This document shows, one piece after another, positions 23,851 through 38,314 of a DNA stretch of 63,806 nt (position 1 is the first letter of the stretch; each line of letters begins with the position of its first letter). This stretch comes from Folioceros fuciformis (lineage: Eukaryota). Position numbers and translations under genes: made by a program. Location of the stretch: positions 1-63,806 of the forward strand of contig JBNGIO010006112.1 of the NCBI GenBank assembly GCA_049999805.1. The letters are read 5' to 3'. The notes under the pieces were generated by a model. It made no database searches. It was given only the letters and a program-made list of their open reading frames with translations, and was not told where the DNA came from.

Positions 23851-24248
23851 TTTACACTTATTTCTTCTTGGTGTCCATCCCTCATATGACAGCTCGCTCT
23901 AGCGGATGAGCCACCGTTGGGAAAGACTCCGTCCCTACCGGGCACTCGAAGTCCTTGTGCTATGTGGCCTTCCAACATTCGAGTCGTTTTCCGTCATGAA
24001 AGGGAAAATGAGGAATTACGATGATCAGGAGGACGATGCTGGAAAGGCAAGAGACGAGGTGCAGTTGGCATGAGATCCCTAGACGAGCTACAAGAAGTGG
24101 ATAAAAGTGCCACCTGGGCAGGAGCCAGCATACAATACGATGGGGCTTCCGCAAGGCTAAGCGAGTGGTGGCTGTCACAGCTTGCTTCATCGCAATACAC
24201 TCCCCTGCCAGAAAGCCGGCGTGTTGCGTTTCCAGCACCGGTCAGGCC

Positions 24249-25567
24249 ATGGCCGCCCTCGCCTCCTTCTGCGCTGCGCGCGTAACGCCCGCAGCGGCGG
24301 GGATCACCTCTGATGTCGGCACCGCCGCCTCCTCCTCCTCGGCGCCTCTCCGCTCCACCTGGAGGATTTGCCCCGGCCTAGACCAGCTCCGGGCGTGCTC
24401 GCTCCCCGCCATCTCTGCCCCTCGGGCTTCCGTCCGCTGCGTGGCCGCCTTCGCTGCTGGTACGCCCTTGCTCGCATTGAGAGGGACTGAGAGCGTTTCG
24501 TGACGGCTGGTTTGGCTTCGCGCGGCTTCGGCGTGAGACACTGCTAGGTTTCTGACTTCGTGCAGCTGCGTTGAGGCGTGCGCAGAAGTGCCGACCGTGG
24601 CCGCCACCAAATCGGCGTTCCTGAATGCTTACAGGAAGCCTATCCCGAGCATCTACAGCAACGTTATCCAGGACTTGCTGGTGCAGCAGCACCTCATGCG
24701 CTACAACAGCACGTACCAGTATGATCCTGTGTTCGCGCTAGGATATGTGACCGTGTACGACAAGCTCATGGACGGCTACCCGGATGATCAGGATCGGGAC
24801 GCCATTTTCCGGGCTTACATTTCCGCACTCAAGGAGGATCCTGAGCAGTACAGGTAAGGGCAGCACTGAATGTGTGCTGCCGGATGATGTCCAGCATTCA
24901 TATCAGTCCTTGCCTTAGACCCGGTAGCCGCTTCGGTGCAGGAGCGACGCGAAGAAGCTGGAGGAGTGGGCGTCCGCTCAGACCTCCGCGTCACTTGTCG
25001 CGTTTGCGGAGCAGGAGGGAGAAGTCGCAGCTTCCTTGAAGGACATTTCCAACCGGGCCAGCAGCAAAGGGACCTTTCATTACAGCCGTTTTTTCGCCAT
25101 AGGCTTGTTCCGGCTGTTAGAGGTTGCGAAGGCCTCGGAGCTGTCCGTGTTGGACGAGGTGAGAAAGGAAGGTCATGGCTTGTGCTGCTGCTGTTGCTGC
25201 TGTGTTTTCCTCACGGCTTGTTGTTCTTTTTGCAGTTGTGTAGGGCTTTGAATGTGAGTAAGATTAGCGTGGGCAGAGACCTTGACGTGTACAGGAATCT
25301 TCTTTCGAAACTAGTGCAAGGGAAGGAGCTTTTGAAGGAGTACATTGACAGGTTAGTTGGCAATTCTGGTTTGTGTTTCTTTTGAGATGCACAGGCGTGT
25401 GGCCGAGTGTTCTGAAGGGTGAACCACCTGCCTGTCGCCTCAGGGAAAAGAAGAAGCAGGCAGAGCGGGCGGCGGAGAAAGCTGAGAAGGCAAATGCACC
25501 TGTGGCTCCGGCTGAAGTAAAAACTGAAGTAAAAGCCGAAGTAACCTCTGAAGTAAAGTCTGAGTAG
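24249..25567 (+). CDS. THF1: THYLAKOID FORMATION 1 (Psb29), chloroplast
   Basis: Transit-peptide-like exon 1, then PTVAATKSAFLNAYRKPIPSIYSNVIQDLLVQQHL, FHYSRFFAIGLFRLLE and RDLDVYRNLLSKLVQ. Confidence 0.95.
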
Positions 25568-26144
25568 GTAGTGTTTAGTTTTACTTCTGCAAATTTGTTC
25601 GCTCTCCGTTCCCTACAGGATCGTGAATTTTGATGATCGGAAGCCGCTTCCGGCTTCCGTCTCTAGAGCATTGTGGTGTTCGTGAAGTGTGGAGATGCCC
25701 GGCTCCAAAGAAGGATACCTGGTTGTGGGAGGGAAGAGCATTTCTACTCAACCATATTCGAAATTGACGGTGAGGGTGAGACCTGCGGGCAGGTGTCAGA
25801 GCTTGTTTTACTCTCTGTTAGTCTCGTGATCATCCCGGCGTGAAGAGGGATACTTCTTTCTCGCTCACGCCAGAGTGGTGGAGAGGTTAGCCGGCAGCCG
25901 TGGAACCCAGAGCGGACTTGACCTACCGCTGTGTTGCGAAATAGAGTGTTGGTCCATGTTGGATCTGCCCGCTGTGTTGCAATATCGGCCATTGTTCCAT
26001 TTTGGTAGATATGTTCGGAAAGTTCTGTAAGTGACTTCTCTGCCTTGTATGACCTGGGCTGAGTGCCTAACTGAAACGATGAATGGAAAACTGGCTCAAA
26101 ATATGAGCTTACTATTCATACGTCCCTGGAGTAACAGTACAAGT

Positions 26145-29100
26145 TCATGATCCTTGCATCGCCTTCACTCGGGCAGACAGTTCTCGGACTTGACTGCGCA
26201 GGCGATCTGGCGCACAGAAGAAATCCACGAAAACTTGCCTCTCCCGACCAACTTCACGAGGGTGATGTTTGACAATCTACGTGCCAAGTGACAGTCAGGA
26301 CCCAAATGAGGACAATCGATACGACACCAGGTTTCGGAGGCCTACCTCAGCTTTTTCGCGGTGCACACGAGTAACCTCCTCGATCGCTGCGGAAAGCTGG
26401 GAGTTCACCTTCTCCATTTCCATGAGCTCCTTCATCAAAGGCTGGAGATGGAATAGGGCGTTAGACATGGAGGCAAGAACAAGCTGAACGTAGAGAAAGC
26501 ATGACAGATGACCGATATCCGCACACACATACCCAAGGACTGAGAATAGGTTGCGCGGTAGCCGAGGACGCAAAAAGCAACTGTTGCATTTTTCTGATGA
26601 GGTCGTACCTGGAAGTGGACAAGGCAAACTCATGGAATGTCCGCAGGCATGCACGCAGGGCACAAGTTTTAGCTGGTGACAAGTTAGCTTACAGGTCGTT
26701 GAGACATTTAGCTTTATCTTCCGCCAGTGTGGTGCCAACTTCTAGCTGTGATGACTGCAACTGAGTGTGAAGGTTGTTGATTTGCTGAGCAAGGCCTGGT
26801 GCAGACACGTACATCGGCGAAGCGCCTTGGTCATCTACAGGACGGCGAGGGTTAGATGTCCAGTTATTTGAGAGAGTTTGCTTGGTTAGATAGGTCATGC
26901 CACACTTACAGGATTGAAGATTCAGAATGTCTCTGACACGATGGAGAAGTGTATCCCTATCATCTACAGCACCAAGCTCCTTCGCTTCAGCTGCAGAATG
27001 AATTAATGCATTGCACCTGTCCTGTGAGACACAGTGTTAAGTAGCGTAGCAGAGACTCCAGCCCTCCAGAGTGGTCTGAGAGGTGAAACAGAAATAAAGC
27101 AAGTCACAGATTTCTCTTGTGGTAACATCAGATAACTTACAATCCTTGCCAAGGTTGCCTCTGTGAAGGCATCGACCTCTGTTTCTAGAACCCTCAACAG
27201 TTCATACACTCCATTCATCTCCTTGCGCTCCACATCACATGTGGTTTTGAGAAACATGTGTCGAGCAAGCTGGTCGACCAAATGGCCTATAAACTGAAAC
27301 ATGAGCTGGAAAGTTAGCAAGCTCACTTGAAGATCCCACATCCTGACTGTAACTCGCATGCAGAGAAACCATGTGACTCAAACAGTACAAAAAGGTTGTT
27401 CACAGTCAGCACGCTACCTTTTTCTGCTGAGCAACATAGCTTTCCTGTTGTTTCACTTTGAGGTCGTAATCACCTGGCAGACAGAACAGCAGTGAGCGGC
27501 ACTCCTTCAGAAATGTCCGACACAATCTGACCTAAAATCTTCAGAAAACTGCTGAACCACACCTTGTAAAATGTATGTATCTTGGAGCTGCGCAAGCTCC
27601 CAGCAGAGTGACGGCACAACCTGTTTGCCAGACCGATGAACTGTCACTCACGGCACTAACGAATAACTTGAGCCAACGAGGTGCTCTTCACTGACAGATG
27701 AACATGATGTACTTCAGTGAGAAGCTTCTCTTCTTGTTGAGCCAGTGGGTGCAGCTCAGTCACAAGATCGGAATGCTTTTGCCTGCAGATGCATTACCCA
27801 CAAGGAGATTCTTACAGTCGCACCACAATACTTGCACCAAGAAAGCATTCACATAACATGGACCTACACCCTAGGCATGCCTTCGAAACATCACCTGAGC
27901 AAAATGTGCATGAGACTAGAATGGGATCAAACCTCTGTGGGTAGGAATCCGAAAAGGAGTCCATGCCATCTGTAGAGGCTTGCATTTTCACTGTAGCCAG
28001 CATTGCCTGTTGCTTAGCATTCTCAGCTTGTGCTTCCACCCATTGCCTTTCGCTAACCCCGAAACTGTTAAGAAGCAAGTTAGTAATTGGAACAGATACT
28101 ATGTCAGGTAAGAAACATGCAAGCAGAGAGATAAACTTAATAGGCCATCTGACATCAGCTTGTGTGACTCACATGGTGCGAAGGCGTTGAAGCTCTGAAA
28201 CTCGGATATTGTAATTTTGTTCCAATTCACCTGAGATAGCGAGAGGTCTAATCACCTTTGAACATGTTCCCCTAATTTACAGACAAGAATCTACTACAAC
28301 TAAAATCAAGGACGAAGTGGCCAAAGCTACAAAAATGGGGAAATGAGCACTCACCGAGGGGTGTGGAGATTGTAACGTCATCCACGGAGATCCATGATAG
28401 TGTTGCTTTTCCTTCCTCTGCTACAAACTGTGCTGAACCCTGACGCCAAACCCCCGTAATCATTCAGAAATTGAACCCAGTCGACCGGAGAAGACAAAGC
28501 ACAATATCTAGTAAAAATGTACTTGCCCTTGAATATGCAGACTCGCCTGGATAGGGAGACTGATGTGCTTACCATGTCAAACTGTTTCGTGAACCACTTG
28601 CTCAAGTCACTTGTGCAGACCAGCTCTTGTTGCGTGTAGGGGCTAAAATCAGAGAAGTTCAAGTACACGCCCTCCTCTGGAAGGGTCAACGGATCACTTT
28701 AGTGACAGGGGATCATTTCACACAGGCAACTGACAGAACTGCTGAGCAATCTCAGAGGAACTTCAGCACCTTGGCCTGACTGATAGTGAGCAATCTGCTG
28801 GACACAGTCCGTCAGCCGTTCCAGGACCGTGTTCATCTAACACGAGGAGGAAAAAAGACAAGGTAAGAACAATTTGACAAACAACACCAACATCAAACTT
28901 CCGAAAACCTTCCATTCATTCGCAGACGCAAAGATCACTGTACTCCACGGTCCCCTACCTCAAGATTCCTACTTGCCAACTGCTCTTCAATCATTTGCAG
29001 GTGCCTGTTCTTGCTGGATGCCACAGCTGACCTTGACCGTCTACCTTGCGTCAACGAAGTAGCCTGAGCAGAGAGGGCGTCCAGATTTGCCTGCACCTGT

Positions 29101-29772
29101 CGTATCTGCCTCTGCACAACTGCTGCCTCGGATCTGAAGGCAATTGTCGACTCCCTTCACCGTGCCAATAAACACCAACGCAAACATCAATGCCAACAGT
29201 CCCAGTATCCTAAAATGAACAACCGTGCCACACCTCTCAATCACTCACTTACTTGATCTCCGTCACAGTCTCTTCTGCACCCAAAATGTCCTCTTCACTG
29301 CACTTCCTGGCACCAAATGCGGAAATGCTCTCATATGCAGATTCCAATTCCTCCCCCTGCAGAAAACCGGCTAAACTTGAACTCCACCCCACCACATTCC
29401 AGCACAGAATCACGAATCCACCAACATCCTTGCACCCAGCGCAGCATCCCACAAACCTCCAGCATTTTTCCTTCAGCCTGCAACGCATTGTACCTGCTCA
29501 ACACAAGAAGAAAAAACCACAACAAAAAATTTCACACCTCATCGACCGATCAGAGACAGAAATCGGCACTTCCCCAAAAACAAAAAATGTTCTCACAGCA
29601 GAGCCTCCTCGGCCGTCAGTGCATTGGAGGGTCTCAAATTGACACACAACCACTCCAGCAGGGGCCGCGTTTCCTCGTACTGGTACGGCCATTCGAAGCT
29701 GTCCGCATCGAGCTCCTGCCAGCCCTCGTATCCCAGCTCTTCCAGCAGAATGCAGAGCTTGGCCCCGCTCAT
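26145..29772 (-). CDS. AUG3: Augmin subunit 3 (HAUS3), multi-exon
   Basis: [51 protein letters not shown] and the C-terminus [31 protein letters not shown]. Confidence 0.9.
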
Positions 29773-29918
29773 GGTCGCTAGCTCACGATTGGATTCCCAT
29801 ACCCACAGCGTGTCCTCCTTCCTTCGGGTCGCCCAGAGATTTGAGACGTCTGAATCTCAGGAGAATCGGCGAGTCGATCGTGAACTGGACGAGGCCCTAA
29901 AATATCCAGAGGTCGCTA

Positions 29919-30318
29919 NNNNNNNNNNNNNNNNNNNNNNNNNNNNNNNNNNNNNNNNNNNNNNNNNNNNNNNNNNNNNNNNNNNNNNNNNNNNNNNNNN
30001 NNNNNNNNNNNNNNNNNNNNNNNNNNNNNNNNNNNNNNNNNNNNNNNNNNNNNNNNNNNNNNNNNNNNNNNNNNNNNNNNNNNNNNNNNNNNNNNNNNNN
30101 NNNNNNNNNNNNNNNNNNNNNNNNNNNNNNNNNNNNNNNNNNNNNNNNNNNNNNNNNNNNNNNNNNNNNNNNNNNNNNNNNNNNNNNNNNNNNNNNNNNN
30201 NNNNNNNNNNNNNNNNNNNNNNNNNNNNNNNNNNNNNNNNNNNNNNNNNNNNNNNNNNNNNNNNNNNNNNNNNNNNNNNNNNNNNNNNNNNNNNNNNNNN
30301 NNNNNNNNNNNNNNNNNN
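29919..30318. other. Assembly gap (400 N)
   Basis: Run of N. Confidence 1.
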
Positions 30319-32572
<2,254 letters not shown>

Positions 32573-33106
32573 ATTCCCCTGTGTCTGGCACACGAACGTA
32601 CATGCCAACCACCTCCTCCTCTTGCACGAAGGGAAGTAAAGTTAGGACAATTTTGATGCAAAATGTACTGCAGCCTATGCGTGTGCTATGTAATACGAAT
32701 ACTCTACTCCTGTCATTGGTTGCCCAAGTGAGCTGCCTGATGACTTTACTTCGTTCCGTAAGCATCGCATAGCAGTATGGGGCTCCGACGTTGGTTCTGA
32801 ACTTGATTGCGGAAGAAAGGAAGTTCTCCAGGTTGGAACAGGGCTCAGAGGGCACGTCTGCGTCTCGTCCTAGTGGGACCCTGCAGGTATCTACTGTACC
32901 TACATCTCAATGTGGAGATGGTTTCAAAACTCAGCGGTCTTTTCAGAAACGAGCGATCATCGAGACACGAGTGATGGGTGCATATGTACTAGAGTGGACA
33001 TCACCTCACCGAGTCACGTGACAAACGTGGAAGACACCCATAACAAACTCAGTCTGGTCCTTCTTGTGAGATGTGAAGCATCCATCCAATGCAGCGCAGG
33101 TTCGCG

Positions 33107-35288
33107 ATGGATCGTGATGGAAACGCAGAGTTCGTCCCTTCAGCCGCACTACTCGGGTGCGGGATCTTTGCCCGAGATGGTTACGTGCCGATCATCAAGA
33201 CTCTCCATAGAGTGAACCTCGTGCTTACTTGCATCTGGAGCCGCTCGCAGGTGGGCGATTGCTGACTGCTGGGGTCGTCTTATTTACTACTACTGCATTG
33301 CACTGGATCGGTTGTTTCGGTTGGTTTTGATCTGTATGTGCGGGCAGAAGTTGAAAGCTTGTGCTATGTCTTCGATCAGCGTTCTGCAGAGCAACTGCTA
33401 GAGACTGTGAGAGACTTTGCTCCAGAGGCGGAAGCGAAATGGGGAGAGGATGGGTTGCGGGAAATTCTTTCCTCTCGCCAGGTTCACTGCTGCTTGGTGG
33501 TGCTGCCTGTGAAGGTGCAGGTAACGTGACTTCTTCTTTCGAGTGAAGTGGCACTGCAGTTAGTGTAGCAATGGAGGACAGGTAAGGTATCTCATGTTGG
33601 TCTATGCTTGTGGGTATCTCATGCTGGAAGTTTGTTTCTCTCTCAGCCTGCCATTGTGTTGCGAGCAATTGGAGCAGGCAAGCACGTTCTTCAAGGTACG
33701 AGCTGGCACGCTGCAGGATTCCTGTTCCCTTTTCTTTTGCCTGCTTCGTCTTGATCGATGTTTCTGCTTCTTCTGTTTTGCAGAGAAGCCTGTTGCGGAA
33801 AGTAAGTTGTACGGATTTGAAACTTTATTGTCAAGACAGGGATGTGAAGGCTGGAAATACTCCCGTCACCAATTCTGACTGACTCTGCTTCAAGAGCAGA
33901 TTTCACCGAGGGATCTGAGACGTGGCTAAGATACAAGACGCTGTCGGAGCAGGTCGGCCGAAGTCCCATATGGGCGGTTGGGGAAAACTATAGGTTTGAA
34001 ACCGCATTCCATGAGGTGGGAGGTTTCCCCTTGCAGCGCAGATATCGTGTTTCCTGGACTGCCACAGTGAATGATGTTCATCGACTGACAGGCTGGGAAG
34101 ATCGTAAAGGGCCTTGGGACCATGGCGGTGGTTGAGATCATTGTGGAGGTTCAGATGCTGAGCTCTAACAAGTACTTCGACAGCCAGTGGCGCCGAGATC
34201 TGAAGGTGACCACTCTTGCACGTGTTGTTTGTGTCATAAGCTCGCCATGGTTCTGCAAAAACTTTCTGACCCTATTTCGGTGTATCTGGTCGCTCAGGGC
34301 GGTTTCATAATGGATTGCGGGGTACATTTTGTGGCAGGGCTCCGTTTGGTAGGGGAGATTTGCAAAATGACGAGCTCTTCTGCTCTGTTCTGCACAACGT
34401 GGTTGATCAGCAACTCTTACAGGCTTGACATCTGGTTGTTTCTTGCGAGATGCCTCGGCTTCTCAGATGACAGAGAGCAGTCTGGTAACAGTTCGTGGTC
34501 TTGTCACCCATAGAAACAAACAGTTACCGGCCCCGGATACTCTCACTGCACTTTTGTAAGTCATGGGTTTCCTAGGCAGGATGCGTACATTTCCTGCCTC
34601 CTTTTTTTCCCAGCCAGGATTGATGCTTGAGGTATGGGCTTCTGCAGAGAGTTTCAGAATGGCTGCTCTGGAGTCATGGTAATAGCCTACGCCTCATCGA
34701 CAAACAAGGTACTAAAACCTTCAAATTCCTGCAACCTGTAAGTAATGTAATGGTTGTATGAGCATGTTGCTAACTTATTTATCTGTAGGCTATCTGGCGA
34801 GTTGTGTGTGCACAAGGGACAGTGGAAGTGGAGCGTGCAAAACGCGAAGGCAACTTTGGGTACACGGTATAGCAGTGCGTTGTCCACGTCTTGATTTTTC
34901 ACGAGAAACATTCACAGTCATCCTTCACAATTGCCAGGTGACCACGATCCCTCTGCACGGAAGTTCTGCGTCCAATTTCTTCCCTTTCGTTGGGATGCAA
35001 GAAGAAATGAAGTGTTTCGCTACTGACGTGAAAAGAAGAGTGTCTGTAAGCATCTTCCCCTACTAAGCTCTCGTTTGTCCCACAAGTGCAAGGATCCTCA
35101 GTAGGTTCTCTTTTCTGTACCAGCATAAGAGCCTCTGACACTGCGCTCCTGCATAGAATGGTGGCGTCCAAACGTCTGATTGGAGAAGCTCTCCTCAAGA
35201 AGCGTTACGAGATCTGGAAATCGTCGAAGCTGCTCTCAGGTCTAACGGAGAAACTATACAAATCGGTGATCCACACGTGATGGTGTGA
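33107..35288 (+). CDS. Gfo/Idh/MocA-family NAD(P)-dependent oxidoreductase, multi-exon
   Basis: AALLGCGIFARDGYVP (Rossmann fold), AGKHVLQEKPVA, WAVGENYRFE, GGFIMDCGVHFVAGLR and the C-terminal SPQEALRDLEIVEAAL. Confidence 0.85.
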
Positions 35289-35719
35289 ACAGCAGGCGCA
35301 GTGCCAGCCACATAAGTGTCCAATCCATTCTTGAAAATGGCCATCGACGAGTGCTTGGCGATAATAGCCCTAAACCTTTTTTGCAAGGTTGCAAGAGGTG
35401 GGCAACACTGCAGACTATGGAACACAGTAAAAGAACAGTTGTCCCCTGTAGACTTGACCTCCCTGCACCAAGAAGGGTGACAAACTCTGAGCCCGACGAG
35501 AAGAGGACAGGTTGCGAGACATAGCGTACTTGCCTCTGCATAGGTTCACTCGTGATATCAAGAACAATGACTCGGCTTCTGTCGACTACGGTGACTCTGC
35601 AGCTGTTGTGATCGGTCAGCTGTGGGACAGACAAGACATGCAATCTTGCATGCACTCACGCCGGAAGGGTTCATCTCATTCAGCCTGCCGTCGTGTCGCA
35701 GCAGACCGGCAGGCAGAGC

Positions 35720-37148
35720 CTATGGCTTCTTCTGTATACTAAGCTCGTTGTACAAGTAGCCTTTGCCGTCATGTTTCCTGGTCAATCGCAGCTGACAAAA
35801 CTCATTATAAATCAAGGAACGATAGAGAGCAGGATTGTCAGGGCCAAGCAGCTCGGGTGATGGGCCCATCGTCCACTCCAAGCTTGGACCTGTCCCGAAC
35901 GCGACGGACAGCCTCTCCCTCTCCGCATTGACTGCAGCTCTGTGCTCCACGCTCTTGTACCTCCCATTTGAGAGTATCTGTTTTCATCACGCAAGGGCAA
36001 ACCTGGTGACTTGGAGTGACACGGTGGTTTCCACACACAACTAACAGCCTAGAGCGCAAGCAAACCTCGAGGATGTCACCGGTGTTGATCACCAAGGCAC
36101 CAGGTATAGGCTCCACTGTGATCCACTTCTCGTTGTGCAGCATCTGCAGCCCCGCCACCTCCTCCTGGTACAGGATGGTGAAGGTGGACACGTCCGTGTG
36201 TGGATTGAGGCCCAGCACAGCATCAGGCCTGGGACAGGCCGGGTAGTAGTTCACTTTCAGAACCTGCGATTTGGTACAATTTTCATCCAGGTACGTTCGG
36301 GGCAGGCCAAGATCGATGCAAGCGATCTCGTGCAGCGTCGTCAACAGTTCCAATGCCTGTCTCTTGAATTTACCCTGCTTCTCCCTGCAGCAAGGAACAA
36401 AGTGACGGCAAGCACTCAGTCTCTTCGCGCCACATCAACCACCACGGAGGCGCCACGCAATTTCGTAGCCATTTCGAACTCCAGCCCGGTTGCACAAATT
36501 TCTTACGCGTAATCGGGAGGTTGATCTGGCCACTCAACCCCGCCCGGCCCGTGAAGCTCCGGGTCATAGTGGAGGAAACTGTCCTGCCACTCCAGCTCGC
36601 TGCCTCCGATCTGCACGAACCTGCCGTATCCAGACCAGTTCCTGGATGTACCACGTGGAGGCATAGCATACTTTTGCTTGACCTCGTCGGGCAAGACGAA
36701 GAACCTCTTGGCAACATCCATGCTCTCTTCCAGCACGGAGAGCTCCACTCCATGGTTCACCACCTGCCATGTTCGCACTGTAAGCTCCTCTCCTCTCCTC
36801 TCATCTCCTCTCTTCTCACATACCACTTCTACCTATACATAATTCCTGTGCATGCATGCATCCAGCACGAAAGGAGCGTGGAGGTCCCCTTGAATTAACG
36901 CGGGAATGTGTCACCTGGAAGAATCCGTTCTCCAAGCAGGCACGGGCCACCTGCTTCTGTATATCCTGTCTGGCCCCGGCGTCCGAGCCGAAGTAGCCTG
37001 AGAGGTCGATGACCGGAATCCAACCTGACTCGGGCGTGTGGGAGATGAGTGGCTTGCTCTGCAGGAAACATTGCGGCACTTCCCCTGCCTTGGAAATGAG
37101 CTGCACACGCTCTAGTTCTGCCGACAGCGTGTCCGCATTTGGCGCCAT
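35720..37148 (-). CDS. 2-oxoglutarate/Fe(II)-dependent dioxygenase (DOXC class), 4 exons
   Basis: IPVIDLS...ACLENGFFQ|VVNHGV, NYYPACPRPD, the HTD iron-binding motif, and EHRA...RLSVAF (RxS). Confidence 0.92.
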
Positions 37149-38247
37149 TGCATCGCCTACCAAATGGTTACTGACAGATTGCTTCAAGCGGCGGTCACCC
37201 AAGAACCAGATTTGACTGGTTTTGCAAGCATGTCTTTCCACGAGTGTCTTTTCAGATGCTTCCAACTTCCCAGGCAAAGGACGGAACAAACAACTCTTCG
37301 TCATTTGGTAAAGCATCTGCTTTCTGCGTCTTCCCGCCTCTCTGCGTCCTTCCTTCCTTATCCTCACCACCTCTCAGTCTGGCACACAGGTTCACCTTCA
37401 CCCGTTTAAGATTTTTTTTTTCCCTCCATCACTCAATTGCTGACGTCTTTAATCTTGTTGTTGATGGCTACCCGTCATCTGTTCACGAGATTGGACGATA
37501 CGTACGTAGGGTGGGTCGGAAAAGAAGAGGAACAGCTGTCCTGCCAGCGACCGGCGTGACACATTGTTCCCACTTCCCTAGAATTGATATACAATGGCAC
37601 TGCCATCGCAAAGAGGACAGAAGCGCCTCCCAATTGTCCCAATACTTTTTACACCGTAGCCTTCAAACTCCTAACCAAGTCAAGTCTAGTCTAAAAATGG
37701 CAACACAAGTAACGTGCAGCCGCAACCCAAGTGACGTGTAGCCTACAAAACCGAAACCCCGCAGCGAATATATACGTCCCAGCAAGCAAAGCTGTTCCTG
37801 CACTCACCACCAAGCTCTGATGTGAAGCTTCAGACCATAGAGCTCCAATGTCCAGTATCCTTCCTTCACAGTGAGGGCAGGAGATCGTCACCGGCAGGCT
37901 CCAGTGAGGGAGGAGGAGGGCCTCAGCGCGAGGCTTGAGTGGACCGAACAGCAAGCTGTTTGTTTCGTCACAAGGGGAGCGCAGCATTCAGGCACGGTGT
38001 CCACAGCGTCCGAGGGCGGCGATCATCCATGGTGCTGGGCACTGAAGCACTTGGAGTCGAAGGAACGATTAGGCAACCGGATTCAGCGCGCTGCGTGGGG
38101 GGTTCTGGGTACAAGATGTCGGTGTCGGATGTGTCCAGCGTTTCACGCAGCGCGAAGAATGTTGTCGTCTAGTCGGTCCTTGGACTCCAAGCGCTTCAGT
38201 GTCCTAATCCCACGCTTTAGAGTTACGTTTTAGGACGCAATGCTTTC

Positions 38248-38314
38248 TCTCATTCGGCCTTCATCTTGCTCTCAAACATACTATGTTTGACAGCAAGATG
38301 AAGGCCGAATGAGA
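38248..38314. repeat. Near-perfect 67-bp palindrome (33-bp arms, 1-nt spacer, 1 mismatch)
   Basis: TCTCATTCGGCCTTCATCTTGCTCTCAAACATA-C-TATGTTTGACAGCAAGATGAAGGCCGAATGAGA. Confidence 0.95.
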
